Shown piece after piece: positions 27,740-42,974 of a stretch of 64,000 bases of DNA. The notes under the pieces were generated by a model. That model saw nothing but the letters and a program-made list of their open reading frames with translations. It did not search any database and was not told the origin of the DNA. Positions within the stretch are counted from its first letter, which is position 1, and every line of letters begins with the position of its first letter. The DNA lies in contig OZ024742.1 of the NCBI GenBank assembly GCA_964016885.1, positions 165,788,001-165,852,000 on the forward strand, in the 5' to 3' direction. This DNA comes from Eledone cirrhosa (taxonomy: Eukaryota). The translations under genes were made by a program, and so were the position numbers.

Positions 27740-27764
27740 GTGAGAGTCATATATCGAATCATTT

Positions 27765-28260
27765 AAATACACCCAGTACACTCTGTCAAGTGGTAGTGAC
27801 TGACCTGAACTCATGTAGGGTTTAGAGGGTCCAGCAACCTGTCTAGTGTTGGTGCTATGATAAGATACACTCAGTACACTCTGTAAAGTGGTAGTAACTA
27901 ACCTGAGCTCATGTAGGGTTTAGAGGGCACCACATCCTCTCTAGTGCTGGGGCTATAATAAAATACACCCAGTACACTCTGTAAAGTGGTAGTAACTAAC
28001 CTGAGCTCATGTAGGGTTTAGAGGGCCAAAGCAACCTGTCTAGTGCTGGTGCTGTCATAAAATACACCCAGTACACTCTGTAAAACGGTTGATGATAAAA
28101 AAGACATCCAGCCATAAAAACCAAGCCAAACACAAAAGCGAGGGGGAGCTAAGCAACTTGTCCAACCCATGCTAGCATGACACATCTAATCTCAAACATT
28201 GACAACCTGTCACATCCATACCAACATAGAAAGTGGACCTAAAATGATAATGATGGTGGT
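27765..28260 (+). mobile_element. RTE-tailed SINE-like element with an internal tandem expansion; relatives at about 16330-16700, 17800-18230, 22705-22900 (-), 32840-33120, 42180-42560 and 47370-47975
   Basis: Recurrent cacccagtacactctgtaaagtggt and 3' tail aacccatgctagcatggaaa...gacattaaa(tga)n shared with the RTE 3' end. Confidence 0.65.
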
Positions 28261-29726
28261 GTTTAGAAGACAGTCTATTTTCCGGTCCCAAATAATAGGA
28301 GGAGTTGAATAAGTGGGGGTGGAAGGTGAATATTTGCTTAAATTCTTATAAGCGGGGGGTTGGTGGGAATCGGTAATCGTATAGTGTATGTTTTTAAATA
28401 TGGGATTTCTTGTAATGTTCTTTTTTTTGTCGTATATAATGGGTTTTTTTAATGTAAAATAAAATTATTAGATTCTCCAGCGGCTGTATCAATATGAATC
28501 ATAATTAAATTTTGTTTGTAGGAGATAGATTAGCCAAATATAATAAGTGGAGAAAGTAGGAGGTGTGTGTGGGGGGGGGGGGGGGGGGGGTGATTATCCA
28601 AACCTGAAAGTAAGTGATACCAAAATAAGGAAACATGTAGTAGAATATAATGGTGATTATGAAACATAAAGAATATTTTGTAGCTCCTCCAATATTGTAG
28701 TATTGAGCAAGACATGGTCACCTGACCCAACTTGCTTCTAGATGGGACAAACCCATCTAATCCATGCTAGCGTGGAAGATAGACATTAATCGATGATGTC
28801 TGAGTGATTAAGAAGTTTGCTTCACACTCATTAGGCCTTAGGTTTAATCCCACTGCCTGCCATTTTGAGCAAGTGTTTTTACCATAGTCTCAGGTTATAC
28901 CCCCTAGCCCTGTGAGTGAAATTGGATAGATGGTAACTGTTTGGAAGCACTTTTGAAGGGATTGTACTCTCAGGTCTCGAATAATCGTCACCCCTGCTTA
29001 TTAATTTTTCAGATTTTTTGCAATCTCCCTGCTTAAATTTCGCTAATCTATCTCCAGCGAAGTTTTATTTTAAGTGGTGACATTCCTGCGACAATTCATT
29101 CTCTTTATACATTAAAAAACATTATACATAACAAAAAAAAAGTACATTATTATAAATCCCATACTTTATAAAATAAATAGGATGGGTTGGGGTCTCAAAA
29201 ATTAATGGAGACCACCTAGTAAATTTACGAATTTTCCAAAAGCCACCACCGTATATATATATCCTGTAAATTAGCAGTTCAACAAAAAGTAGATCATGCT
29301 GACTCTCCCTGAGAATTACATTAAGAGTACACGTGCTTGTGGAATACTTAACTTCATAGATGTTAATTTACAAGTCAAGTTGTTCATTGTTGAAAGAAAA
29401 CAAAAATGCAACTATTTATTATCATAGTTTAGAGAAATATAGACAACTGATCTTTGACTCTACAAAATACTTCAGCAATGCTGGTATACTCACTGCCTCT
29501 GTCTCTCTCCCCATCTCTCACTATTATGAGCAAATGGGAGCCTGCGCACTCGTCACCCCGCAGCCCTAGTGGACAGAATAGAAAAGGTGTTTCCTTGGAG
29601 GATGGTGAGGGAGACACGTTGGAAGAAGTGATGAAAGATCCACTATGATCATCATTTGGAGGGTGAGAAAACAATGTCTGTGACAAGATTAAGTGCTAAA
29701 TTTGTTTCATTTCTGTTCCTTTTCAG

Positions 29727-29789
29727 ACTGTAGAAAGTAACATACCTGGCTACATATTTGATGAATTCCGTTCCCAATTACCAAACTGA
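29727..29789 (+). CDS. WASHC5: Strumpellin last coding exon (stop TGA at 29787-29789)
   Basis: tttcag|ACTGTA; TVESNIPGYIFDEFRSQLPN*, matching the recalled C-terminal IFDEFR. Confidence 0.95.
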   Translation, partial: TVESNIPGYIFDEFRSQLPN

Positions 29790-29924
29790 TGCTACTGTAT
29801 TGCTGCTGTTATAATCCTGGTGTCGGTCTGCAGTATTCCAAACTTTTACGGATACAACCACACCCAAAATTTTTCCATTTGTTAATTTTTGAAAATTTGT
29901 TAAAATTTTTCTTAAAAATATAAA

Positions 29925-29930
29925 AATAAA
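29925..29930 (+). promoter_or_regulatory. Candidate polyadenylation signal of WASHC5
   Basis: AATAAA 135 nt after the stop, followed by a GT/T-rich tract at about 29970-30005. Confidence 0.45.
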
Positions 29931-31444
29931 AAATATTTTGAATAATCAATAATGACTTCCTTCATGTAATTTTGTTGTTGTTTTTTTTTGTTTGGTTGTT
30001 GTTTAGCGATAGTCACACTGATGACTGATGTAGCTTTAGTTAACTCTTGACCATAAAAGATCTGGGCAGAGGTGGTGAAAGCTGACCTCAAATTGCTGAG
30101 ACTCACAGAGAAGATGACAAAGAAACATGGCGAGGGGAGAGATGTGCTGAGAAGGATCCGTCCAACCCATGCAAGTGTGGAAAAACGGACGTAAAAACGA
30201 TGATGATTTCCAATGAAAGAACACAGCCTATGATTTCCAAATATGATCGGAAAATAATCAAGAATTTACAGGGGTTTTAGTAAAATAATTAACTTTATCA
30301 TTATTAAGCTGGTATTTGAAGAAAGTTATGAGGAAACAAATTTGGAAGGGGTGGGGCACTAAACTGTAGTTGTGTCCAATAGGTCATGTGAGATAGCCAA
30401 CATTGAAAATCATGTGCAGAAATTGTCTTCTATTTCAGATAATGTAAGAGAGGAGGTTAAAAAAATGGTTTGGATGAGTTGTCAATTCCCTAAGCCATGC
30501 AATGGCCGCATTATTTTGGTAAATAATTGTTTCTACTTTAGGCACAAGGCCAGCAATTACCCAGTGCATTACTGGTACTGTATTTTATCGACCCCGTAAG
30601 GATGAAAGGCAAAGTCAACCTCGGCGGGATTTGAACTCAGATCGTAAAGGGACGTAACTATGCTGGAAAGCATGGCGCCCGACCCTCCACCGATACTGCC
30701 AATCCACCGCCTTTTGGTAAATAATGGTGGTGAATTAGCAGAATCTGTGGAACCTCAGACACCCTGCTCCGCATAGAGTTACGGCCCTTTACATTTTGAG
30801 TTCAAATCCCGCAGTGGTTAGCTTTGCCTTTCATCCTTACAGGGTTGATAAAATAAAGTACCAGTTACACTCTGGGGTCGATTTACTCGACTTTCCCCTT
30901 CCCCAAAATTGCTGGCTTTGTGCCTTAATCAGAAACCATTGGCAGTATTGTTAGAGGGTTGGACGCCATGCTTTCTAGCATAGTTACGTCCCTTTACAGT
31001 CTGAGTTCAAATCCCGCCAAGGTTAACTTTGCCTTTCATCCTTACGGGGTCGATAAAATAAAGTACCAGTAATGTACTGGGTAATTGCTGGCCTTGTGCC
31101 TAAAGTAGAAACAATTATTTTGGTAAATTGTACAAAGACTGACCCGATTATTTGCCTTTAACAGAAGGTTTGCCCTTTCATTAGAAATATCGAAATGAAA
31201 GGTATATACATCATCATCATCATCATCGTTTAATGTCCATTTTCAACGCTAGCATGAGTTAGACAGGTTGTCCCATTTGAGGTAAGTATGTATGTACGTA
31301 CATATATGCACGGATGTATGCATGCATACATACACACAAGTACGCACACACACATACAGTGTTTCTTGATTATTTCATGATAGAAAACCATAAAAGAAGT
31401 TCAATACAACAGTATGTTAGCAGTGATAGTCAACATCACACCTG

Positions 31445-33713
<2,269 letters not shown>

Positions 33714-34249
33714 AAAGAATAGAGGTGTAACACACAAGTTATTATATATTGGTAAACGGAATAGAAAATGCTGACAAATTGTTCACAGTTGAAAAATGGT
33801 TTAATTAGGAATAAAAGAGTATTAGTGATTGTATGGGTTAGTATTCAGTTGTGGTTTTAAGTTTTTAAGTTTTTACCGGTTGCGCATTTCTAAATGCTTT
33901 TCAAAAATAATTTTGAGATAGAGTGTCCGTGCTGTTTGCTCTGATCTGATTAGTTTGGGGAATTCTACCTGTTCTTATGTTAAAAAAGTGGCTCCAGCGT
34001 TATTTTTGAGATGCAAAAATGCTTGTGGTCAAAACAATTTTGATTGGTCGGTAGAGGTCATGTGAATGTAAAAAGTTGATTTTGCGCCAAGACTGTTTTT
34101 ATGTTAAAATGTTAAAAAAGTGGCTCCAGCAAAAATTATTGGTCAAAACAATTTTGATTGGTCGGTAGAGGTCATGTGGATAAAAAATTGGTTTTGCGCC
34201 AAGATTGAGAAATGACTCTTTCACAACAAATATGTGTGTGTGTGTGTGT

Positions 34250-34299
<50 letters not shown>

Positions 34300-34859
34300 T
34301 AGTAGTAGTAAGGTGTTCGATGCTGTGGCAATGGCCAGCAGCGATGTGTGTCAAATGGCTATTAAGATAAGTGTGTGTGTGTGTGTGTGTGTATATACAG
34401 CAGAGTCATTCGAAGGTCAAAAGATATTTTTCAGCTTTTGTCTTATACGGAGAAGTGCGTGTGTGTGTGTGTGTATAAGTCTCTTTGTATGTTGATGTAC
34501 GCGTGTGTATGTGTTTGTGTATATATGTGTGTGTGTGGGTGGACCAGTATTTTTTTCCCCCTGGTAAAATGGTGTACATTATTCGATTTTTTCAGTAAAA
34601 TCGGTTCTCTTAATAGAACATCAAAAATCTTAACAATAAAAGGTGTGAAATGATATTCACTATATATATACACACACATACACACATTCACTACATATAT
34701 ATATATATATACATATATACATACATATATATGCACATATATTTTTTTGTATTGCACCATAGAGCATGTGTGTTTACGTGTGTCATTGTGTTTATATGTG
34801 GGTAGAGATGTGTGCTGATGTAGGTATGTATGTTGACGTGTGTATGTTGTGGGTTCGTC

Positions 34860-36420
34860 TTAGGGAGAAGTGTTTAGACGCGGTCCGTATTTGTTAATGA
34901 AGTAAGATTCCTTGCTGATGCGCTGGGTGTGGGTGGCATTATCTTTAAATTTGTAGAGGGGAAAGATTCTGAAGTTGGGATGATTTTGGGCGGCACAGGT
35001 ATCAATGTGTTCACTCAGTGGTATTTTCCTGTATTCCCGTATTTTAATTTGGGATCTATGGACAGTCATGCGTTGGCGGAGGCTGTTTTTGGTCTGGCCT
35101 ATGTATTGTTCTCGACAACCTGAACAAGTTAATACATATATTAGATTTTCCGATGCACATGTGAAATTGTGTTTTACTATAAAACGTTGTCCATCTTTGA
35201 AATAGAATTCCGAACCCTCTATTAGGTTGATGCAAATGCCACAGTTGGGTCTATCGCATTTTTTTACTGTGGGTTTCGTTGTTGTGGTTGGCAGTACTTT
35301 GGCATGTGTTAAGATGTTTTTCATTGACTTGGATTGTCTTTTGCTCTTTATGATATCGTGTGTTCGTAGAATTTGGTTCATTCTATGGTCCTTTTTCAAT
35401 ACAGGGATGTTCTGGAGGATGGTGTCAAAGGCCTCATTGTTGAGGGGATTGTGTGTGGAGATGTATGGAAGAGCTTTTAGTTTTGGTTGATTTACTTTAG
35501 CGTGTCTAAGGTCCTGCGTACTGAGTTTTAGGGCACGTTGGATTCCATTGTCAATTAGTGATGCAGGGTAGTCCCTGCCTATGAGTGTGTCCTTTAGTTC
35601 TTGTAGCCGTAAGTAGCAGATGTTTTTATTGGAGACTATAGTACAGATTCTCTTGGCTAAGTTGTAGGGAATATTAATTTTAACGTGTCTAGGGTGGCAA
35701 GAGTTGAAGGGGAGGTATTGCTTGGAGTCTGTGGGCTTGTAGTATATGTCTGTTTCTATTTTTTTGTTATGGATCTTAATGAGGATGTCGAGGAAGGGGA
35801 GTTGTTGATGGCTGTATTCCATCGTGAAGTTAATATTTGTGTTGAGCCCATTTATAAGGGTGTGAAATTCTTTAAGTTTTTCGATGTTTTCGTGCCAAAG
35901 GACGAAGCAGTCATCTAGATATCGCTTCCAGTTCCTTTCAATGTGTAAGTGGAGGGTGTTTCCAAATTTGTTTAGGACTTTAGTGTAGAGGGTGATTTCC
36001 AGGTATCCCATGACTAGGTTGGCATAAGTAGGGGCTGTTTTCGTTCCCATAGCGGTCCCAGATTTCTGCCTGTAGGGTTTGTTATTGAAAACGAAGTAAT
36101 TGTTCTCCAAGATAAATTTGAGTCCCTCTATCACGAATTCTTTTTTGATGCGTTGTGGGAGTTCATTGTGGAAATTATCCAGCCAGAATTGGATAGCTTC
36201 TATTCCTAGGTTGTGGGGGATGTTGGAGTATAGGTTGACTACATCGAACGTCATTAGTAGGGTTTGTTCAGAAAGTGGAATATTAGGGAGGTGATTGAGC
36301 ATATCTAGGTCGTCCCGTATATAGCTTTTGATGTGCTTGAGGAAGGGTTTGAGAAGGGTATCAATGAAGTTGCTAAGACGGTGCGTTTCGCAAGCGGGGC
36401 CTGCTATTATAGGTCTTAAT
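34860..36420 (-). mobile_element. Penelope-like retroelement (Neptune-like), 5'-truncated RT + Zn finger + GIY-YIG endonuclease ORF
   Basis: About 520 uninterrupted codons: RPII, GTAMG..AP.YANL.M, WKRYLDD, LPFLDI, YYKPT..YL..SCHP, CDRPNCGIC, IYVLTC..C...YIGQT...R...H, C-terminal P.LN. Confidence 0.95.
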
Positions 36421-36809
36421 ATATATATATTTATAGGAACAATTAGGACCCCAACGTCTGAGCTCAAGCCGTTTCGACGGCTAATTCTGAACTAAATGAA
36501 CATTTTTATCCTGGTAAATGAATAGCCGAACTTCTCAGTGGGTAATTCTATATATGGTAAAAGTGATTGTCACAATGATTGGTCAGGTGTTTTTCGATAG
36601 GCTCAAGCAATATCAAGCATTGCACAGGTGTGCAGGCGTGTCTAGACATCAACCGGCAATTGATATCCTAACAATGGAAAAACCATAGTCAACATTTATT
36701 ATAATGCTCGGTGTGTTTGTAAATCCAAACTAAGCACACAACACACACAAAAACAAGATGGCGTAGGACAGAACAAAAGAGAGGCACAAAAACAAAGAAA
36801 AGAATCCCC

Positions 36810-36854
36810 TGTCACTGAAGAGGTCACAGAATGTGTGACGAAAGAACTTTGACA
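36810..36854 (+). ncRNA. Minimal type I hammerhead ribozyme
   Basis: TGTCA-CTGAAGA-g-GTCACA-gaatg-TGTGAC-GAAA-gaac-TT-TGACA; perfect stems I and II; vestigial stem III. Confidence 0.7.
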
Positions 36855-37104
36855 ATATATGAACAATCATCTGGTTGTGGAACCAACGAACCAACCGAAA
36901 ATTTATAAATTCCTAAATTTATAAATTTATTATAATAAATTGAAGTGAAAGCAACTGGTGCGTGTGTTTCTTATTGGCAACATGACCCTCCCAAAGTATA
37001 ACAATATCGGTTTCAACACACGTTTTCAGATAAAGAATCTTGCTAAACAAATTCAGAAACGAAATATATATGTATTTTCTTATATATATATGTGTGTGTG
37101 TATG

Positions 37105-37171
<67 letters not shown>

Positions 37172-39162
37172 GATATTAATAAATGGAAACTATATTTATA
37201 AAACCATATTTATTTCATTATACATATTTCAGGGATACCAAATTAAATTATGGTATGCCTTCATCAGACAAAATACAATATATAACAGTTTTACAAATAA
37301 GCTTTGACGTACCCTATTAAAATGCAACCATTGTTTTTGGAAGTCATCCGGATAGTGAATTGTTTATATAACTTTAATAAGTCATAGTGTTAAGGACAAT
37401 TAGAAAAAGACGGAGAGAAAGAAAAAACGTGGAGAAATATCGGAGAGAGAGAGAGATGCATGGAGAAAAAAAGAAAGAGATAAGTAAAGACAGGAGGAAA
37501 GGAAGAAAGAAGAAAAAAGGAAGAAATAAGAAAAACAGAGGAAAGCAACAGAGAGATATTAAGTCAACAGACAGATAGAAAAACTCAAGAGAGAGAAATG
37601 TTATATATAGAGAGAGGGAGATTATGAAAACTTTACGTCATGTCATGTTAAGTTGAGTTAACAATTCATATGAAATGAATAATAAAAATATAAATATTAA
37701 TATTCATGAATGGGACATAGATATATAATATGAGAAATTAAACATTGTTTAATAATGACTATATGTTTAGTTTAAACCTTGAGATCAATATACCAAAATT
37801 TGGGTTTAATCTCCAAAATGTACACATTGCTAGAGAAAGACACAGAAATATATATATATATACGCACGTCCTGAAAATAGAAATTATATTTACTCAAGTC
37901 AACAATATAGACATATAAAGCGCAGACGATTTCTCTTAATCACTGCTATACATTCGTTGTGTTATAAAAAGTTCACAGTATATATACACATAAATATATA
38001 CGATTAACATTCATGACTTCGTATATATGATTACCATTCATGCATTTAACATTTCTGCAATCCAAACTGCGTGAATATGCAACATAACTTTTACCCACAC
38101 ATATACATACACACACATATATACATATACACCTATATATGTATAAATAAATATCTGCGTGCGTCATCAGGCATCGCTCATGTATACATACAGACATATA
38201 TACAATCATAAAAAACCTATAACACTTTTATATGCATGTTAATACACACATATACTTTTGTATAGAGATAATCAAATATCAATATATTACTAAGGATTAT
38301 ACTTTGGAAATATAATTATACCAATATAAATTTAAAATACCAAAGGATTATATTTTGGAAATACAACTATATCAATATAGTCAAAAGGACAAACGAATTC
38401 TAGAAATGTCAAAGCTTTAAATATCTTTAAAACACTATAGAGTTAAAATAATATGTTTCATATATTTAGTATAGAAAATTATCCTACTTATATTTCAATC
38501 AAGATATTGAAAGGGTAGACTTATGAGAATTATGAGAAGCTATCAGAATCAAAGCAAAACTAATAAAAATAAATAAAAATAAAATTAAATAAAAGTTAAA
38601 TATATATTATATCAATATAATTTAAAAATTTAAAAATTTAAAGATCTAAAAATTTCAAAAAATTTCAAAAAGAATTTAAAAAATCTTCAAAATTCAAAAA
38701 TTTAAAAGATTTTAAAAACCAAGGATTCTACAGATATCCTTATATTTAGTATAGAAATTTATCCTACGTATATTTTATTTAAGATATTGTAAGTGTAGAC
38801 GTTTTAAAGTAGTTTATTATATCTATGTTTATATTTAGGAAGAAAGTTTAAAAAGAAAAAGGTGAAGGAATCTAATGATTTATCGACAGGTTTTATATAT
38901 TAACTAAATTACTTAATTAATTATACTACATTTTAAATTTATATTTATATTTAAACGTTGAGTTCAATCTATGTCTGCAGCAACTGAATAAATTGTTCCT
39001 TAAATTCTCTATTTCTACTTTTAGATTATGGTAATTAAAAAATTGTATAATTTGTTTTCTTTTCCTATTTAGTTCACAGCTATTATTTTGTATAAGTAAA
39101 AGCATGTCATCACGATATAAGCCTCCGGTTACACCTGGTATTTTTCTATGTAGCGAATTAAT

Positions 39163-39210
<48 letters not shown>

Positions 39211-40261
39211 AGAGTTAAACGAGATTCAAATGAATACATCAAAGAATGAGTTTTACACACATACATGTGTGTGTTTGTATTTGTATGTGTGTGCGTGTGT
39301 GTATATGTATGTATATATATATGTGTGTGTGTGTGTGTTTGTATATGTGTATGTGTATGTAGTGTGTATGTGTATGTGTGTGTTTGTGTATGTATTTATT
39401 TTTATGTATGTATGTGTATGTGCAATTGTGTGTATTGCTTACCACGTGTGTTTGTTCATTTATTTGTTGCCTGTATCCGCTGTCAACTTTATAATAATTT
39501 TTACATTTATTTTTATTTTTACACACATACATGTGTGTGTATGTATTTGTATGTATGTGTGTGTGTATATGTATGTATATATATATATATGTGTGTGTGT
39601 GTGTATGTATGTGTATGTATGTGTATATGTATATGTATGTATGTGTGTGTGTATGTTTTTATTTTTATGTATGTATGTGTATGTTCAATTGTGTGTATTA
39701 CTTACCACGTGTGTTTGTTCATTTATTTGTTGCGTGTATCGCTGTCAACTTTATAATAACTTTTATATTTAGTTTTATTCTTATGTGACGGTATTTTTAT
39801 TATTATATTTTTTCTTATAATTATTTGTGTGTGTGCGTATGTAGGTGTGTGTACATATATCTATATTTGTGCATGCGTATGTATGCGTGTATATATGTGT
39901 GTATGTATGTGTGTGTATGTACGTGTGTATATATGTATGATTGTGTGTATGTATGTATGTATATATATATATATATACATATACATGTGTGTGTGTGTGT
40001 TTGTGTATTTGTGTGTATGTATTGATATGTTGATATATATGTGTATGTATGTATATGTATGTGTATGTATGTATATATATATATATATGTGTGTATATGT
40101 ATGTATATATATATATATATATCTGTGTATGTATATATGTGTGTGCATGTAATTGTGTGTGTGTGTTTATTTTTCCTTTCCTTCTTCCTTTTCCAGCCTC
40201 ACTTTCATATAGATTATATTTTTGTTTTTAAAATCCAATGTGAATAAATACACCCGGATTT

Positions 40262-40322
40262 TTTCATTCTGATGACTGAAAGCAAAATTTGTTTGCTTTC
40301 AAGAAACCACTGGTAAATGAAA
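40262..40322 (+). ncRNA. Type I hammerhead ribozyme
   Basis: TTTCATT-CTGATGA-c-TGAAAGCAAA-atttg-TTTGCTTTCA-a-GAAA-CCactGG-TA-AATGAAA; 7-bp stem I, 10-bp stem II, GUA triplet. Confidence 0.8.
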
Positions 40323-40347
40323 TAATTGCCTTATGTTGTTTATTACA

Positions 40348-40394
<47 letters not shown>

Positions 40395-40863
40395 ATAATA
40401 ATAAATTTGAAGACTAAAATCCAAAGAGAGCTCGATAAAGATAAATATATATCAAATATATAAGAACCGTAGAGCAAATATTTATTAAAATAACAGATTA
40501 AAGTTTAAGCAAAGAATCGCTGCTTTCACCCTTAACGGGATCTTCTGAAACTAACAAAGTCAATCTGTGAACGCAGAAGTGAATATTTCAAAAAACGTTG
40601 CAACCTGAGGAAGACAGGAAGGGGATACTTTGGTTCGTGGAAACGTTCCCTGACAAAGAACGAGAAAAAAACGAATATAATACGTCATTATTTGGAGCGT
40701 TGAAAAACAATTACACGCAAAGACAAAACCACGTTTATGGTATAAAAGAAGTCGTAGACTAATATTCTATTAGGTGGTTCATAGAGACGTTCTCTGGCAA
40801 TGAACGGAAAAAACGAAGATAATACGTCATATGTGGAGCGGGGAGAACAATATATACATATAC

Positions 40864-40955
<92 letters not shown>

Positions 40956-41349
40956 ATATATATATACATATATATATATATATAATATGTAGTTTAGAAA
41001 GCCACAACAATGCAGATGGGAAATCTCGAGGTAGGAAGTGAGTGAGAAATAGGAGAAAAGTGAAAATTGAGAGAAACGAAAAAACGAAAACAAAACAAAG
41101 GTAGAAGGGTTACCGTAGTGGAGATTTAATCCCAATATTTCGGGCTCACGCCCATCAACGGGGGGAAAGTTCCAAAAGGGGGGGAACAGGCTAAGCCGGA
41201 GAAAGTTGTATTGTCGTTAAAACATAGGAATGCCGTTATGGGGAAAAATTCAAACGAGGGAAAGAATGCGCGTGCGCGTGATAGGCTGTGGCAAAAGCTA
41301 CTGACCAATTGGGTTAAATCAATAGGGTGCGCTCACCCATTTATTCCTG

Positions 41350-41780
41350 GGAGGATCATGGAAGTAGAATCTTCAGACACGCCTTCCAGAGTATTATATT
41401 AGAAGTAACAACTTCCAAATGATTTGACTGGATTCCCAAGCAAGACTGGGTGTTATCCAGCCATCTTGCACATGGTCTACCTCTCGGGCTCCTGCCAATT
41501 GACTTTGTCTGTAAAATTTCTCCAGCGATTCTTTCCTTAGACATTCTAACCATATATCAATAGTACCAGAGCTGTGATCTCTTGATTCAAAGAAGTAGCA
41601 AATCAACCTGAAGCGACTCCCTGATCTCCAAGCTACTCACCCTATCAGGTCGCGTTACTCTAAAGATCCTTAGCAGGAAATCCATTTTGGCCATTTGAAT
41701 TCATGATTGCATTCTTTCAGTCATTACCTAAGGTTGATGACCATAAGTAAGTGTAGGCACGAACACTGAACTGATTCCAA
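41350..41780 (-). mobile_element. Decayed RTE-type LINE 3' remnant; relatives at about 26460-26660, 53410-53600 and 54815-54950
   Basis: RMSKERI...GRSPRGRP..RW.D motif typical of RTE C-termini. Confidence 0.6.
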
Positions 41781-42974
41781 ATCCTTGATTATTTAAAAAA
41801 ATATTTGAACATCATACCACCGTGTATTTTATTATTAGTAGAAATCGGGTAATGGAAGAGTCAACAGTAATAATTTCATCTTGAGAAATATGATTAATGA
41901 AAAGTTAAAAGTGATTATATTTATGTAAAGATTTTCTGTTATTTTATGTAATAACTGTGATCTCTGGTGGTATGCAGTAATACAGAAGACCTGCCTTCCC
42001 ATGTGCATCGGTTGAGGCATACATCTAGTACGCACCATCTTCCCCTTCTTCACCCCTTCCATACATATCTCATGCTGTAACATCCCTCCCACGTCCTAGC
42101 ACTCCACCCACGTCCTAACATCCCCACCCCTTACCCATGCCCCTAGATCTACCTCCCCACTCCCCATGCAACTCCCCCACCCAAGTTCCCAGTCCACAAT
42201 GTAAAGTGATCATTTTGTTGGTGAAATGACAAAAAGCACCCAGTCCACACTCTAAAGTGGTCATGTTCGTGACACGACAAAAAGTTCCCAGCCAATACTG
42301 TAAAGTGGTTGTGTAGGTGTCACGACAAAAAGCACCCACTACACACTGTAAAGTGGTTATGTAGGTGTCACAACAAAAAGCACATAATACACACTCTAAA
42401 TGTGGTTGGCATTAGGAAGGGCATCCAGTCATAGAAACCAAGCCCAAATCAGTTCTGTATGAGCCAAACATGGTCATCCAACCTAGCTTGTCTCACAATG
42501 AGACAGCTCATCTAACCCATGCTAGCATGGAAATGGACATTAAACAGTGATGATGATGAAGAACCTTTAAGTTATGTTCTGAACACCAGCTGGGGAAGTT
42601 AGTTAATCCCTGTAAATGTTTGACTATTTTCAAAATTATTTGAAAATCATAGGCAGTGTCTTTCATTAAGAATATGGTAAAGAAAGAACTAAATGAATGA
42701 AAAAATGGTACCCTTACGATTCCAACAGGAGTTCAGAACCCATGAACAGAATTTATGAGCAACATTATATGATATGTGGCTAAAATTGTTTTAGTAAAGC
42801 CAGTATATGTAAAGGAATGGGATTGAGAGTAAAATAAGAGAAAACAACAGTTCGCACTTTTATTTCATATTTTGTTTTATTTGGGAATTAAGACCTCTTT
42901 TTCAAAAACAATATGATAGTAAATAGAGTTTTCTGATGTGTTATGTAAACAAAGTTTTATATTTTATATGAAAC

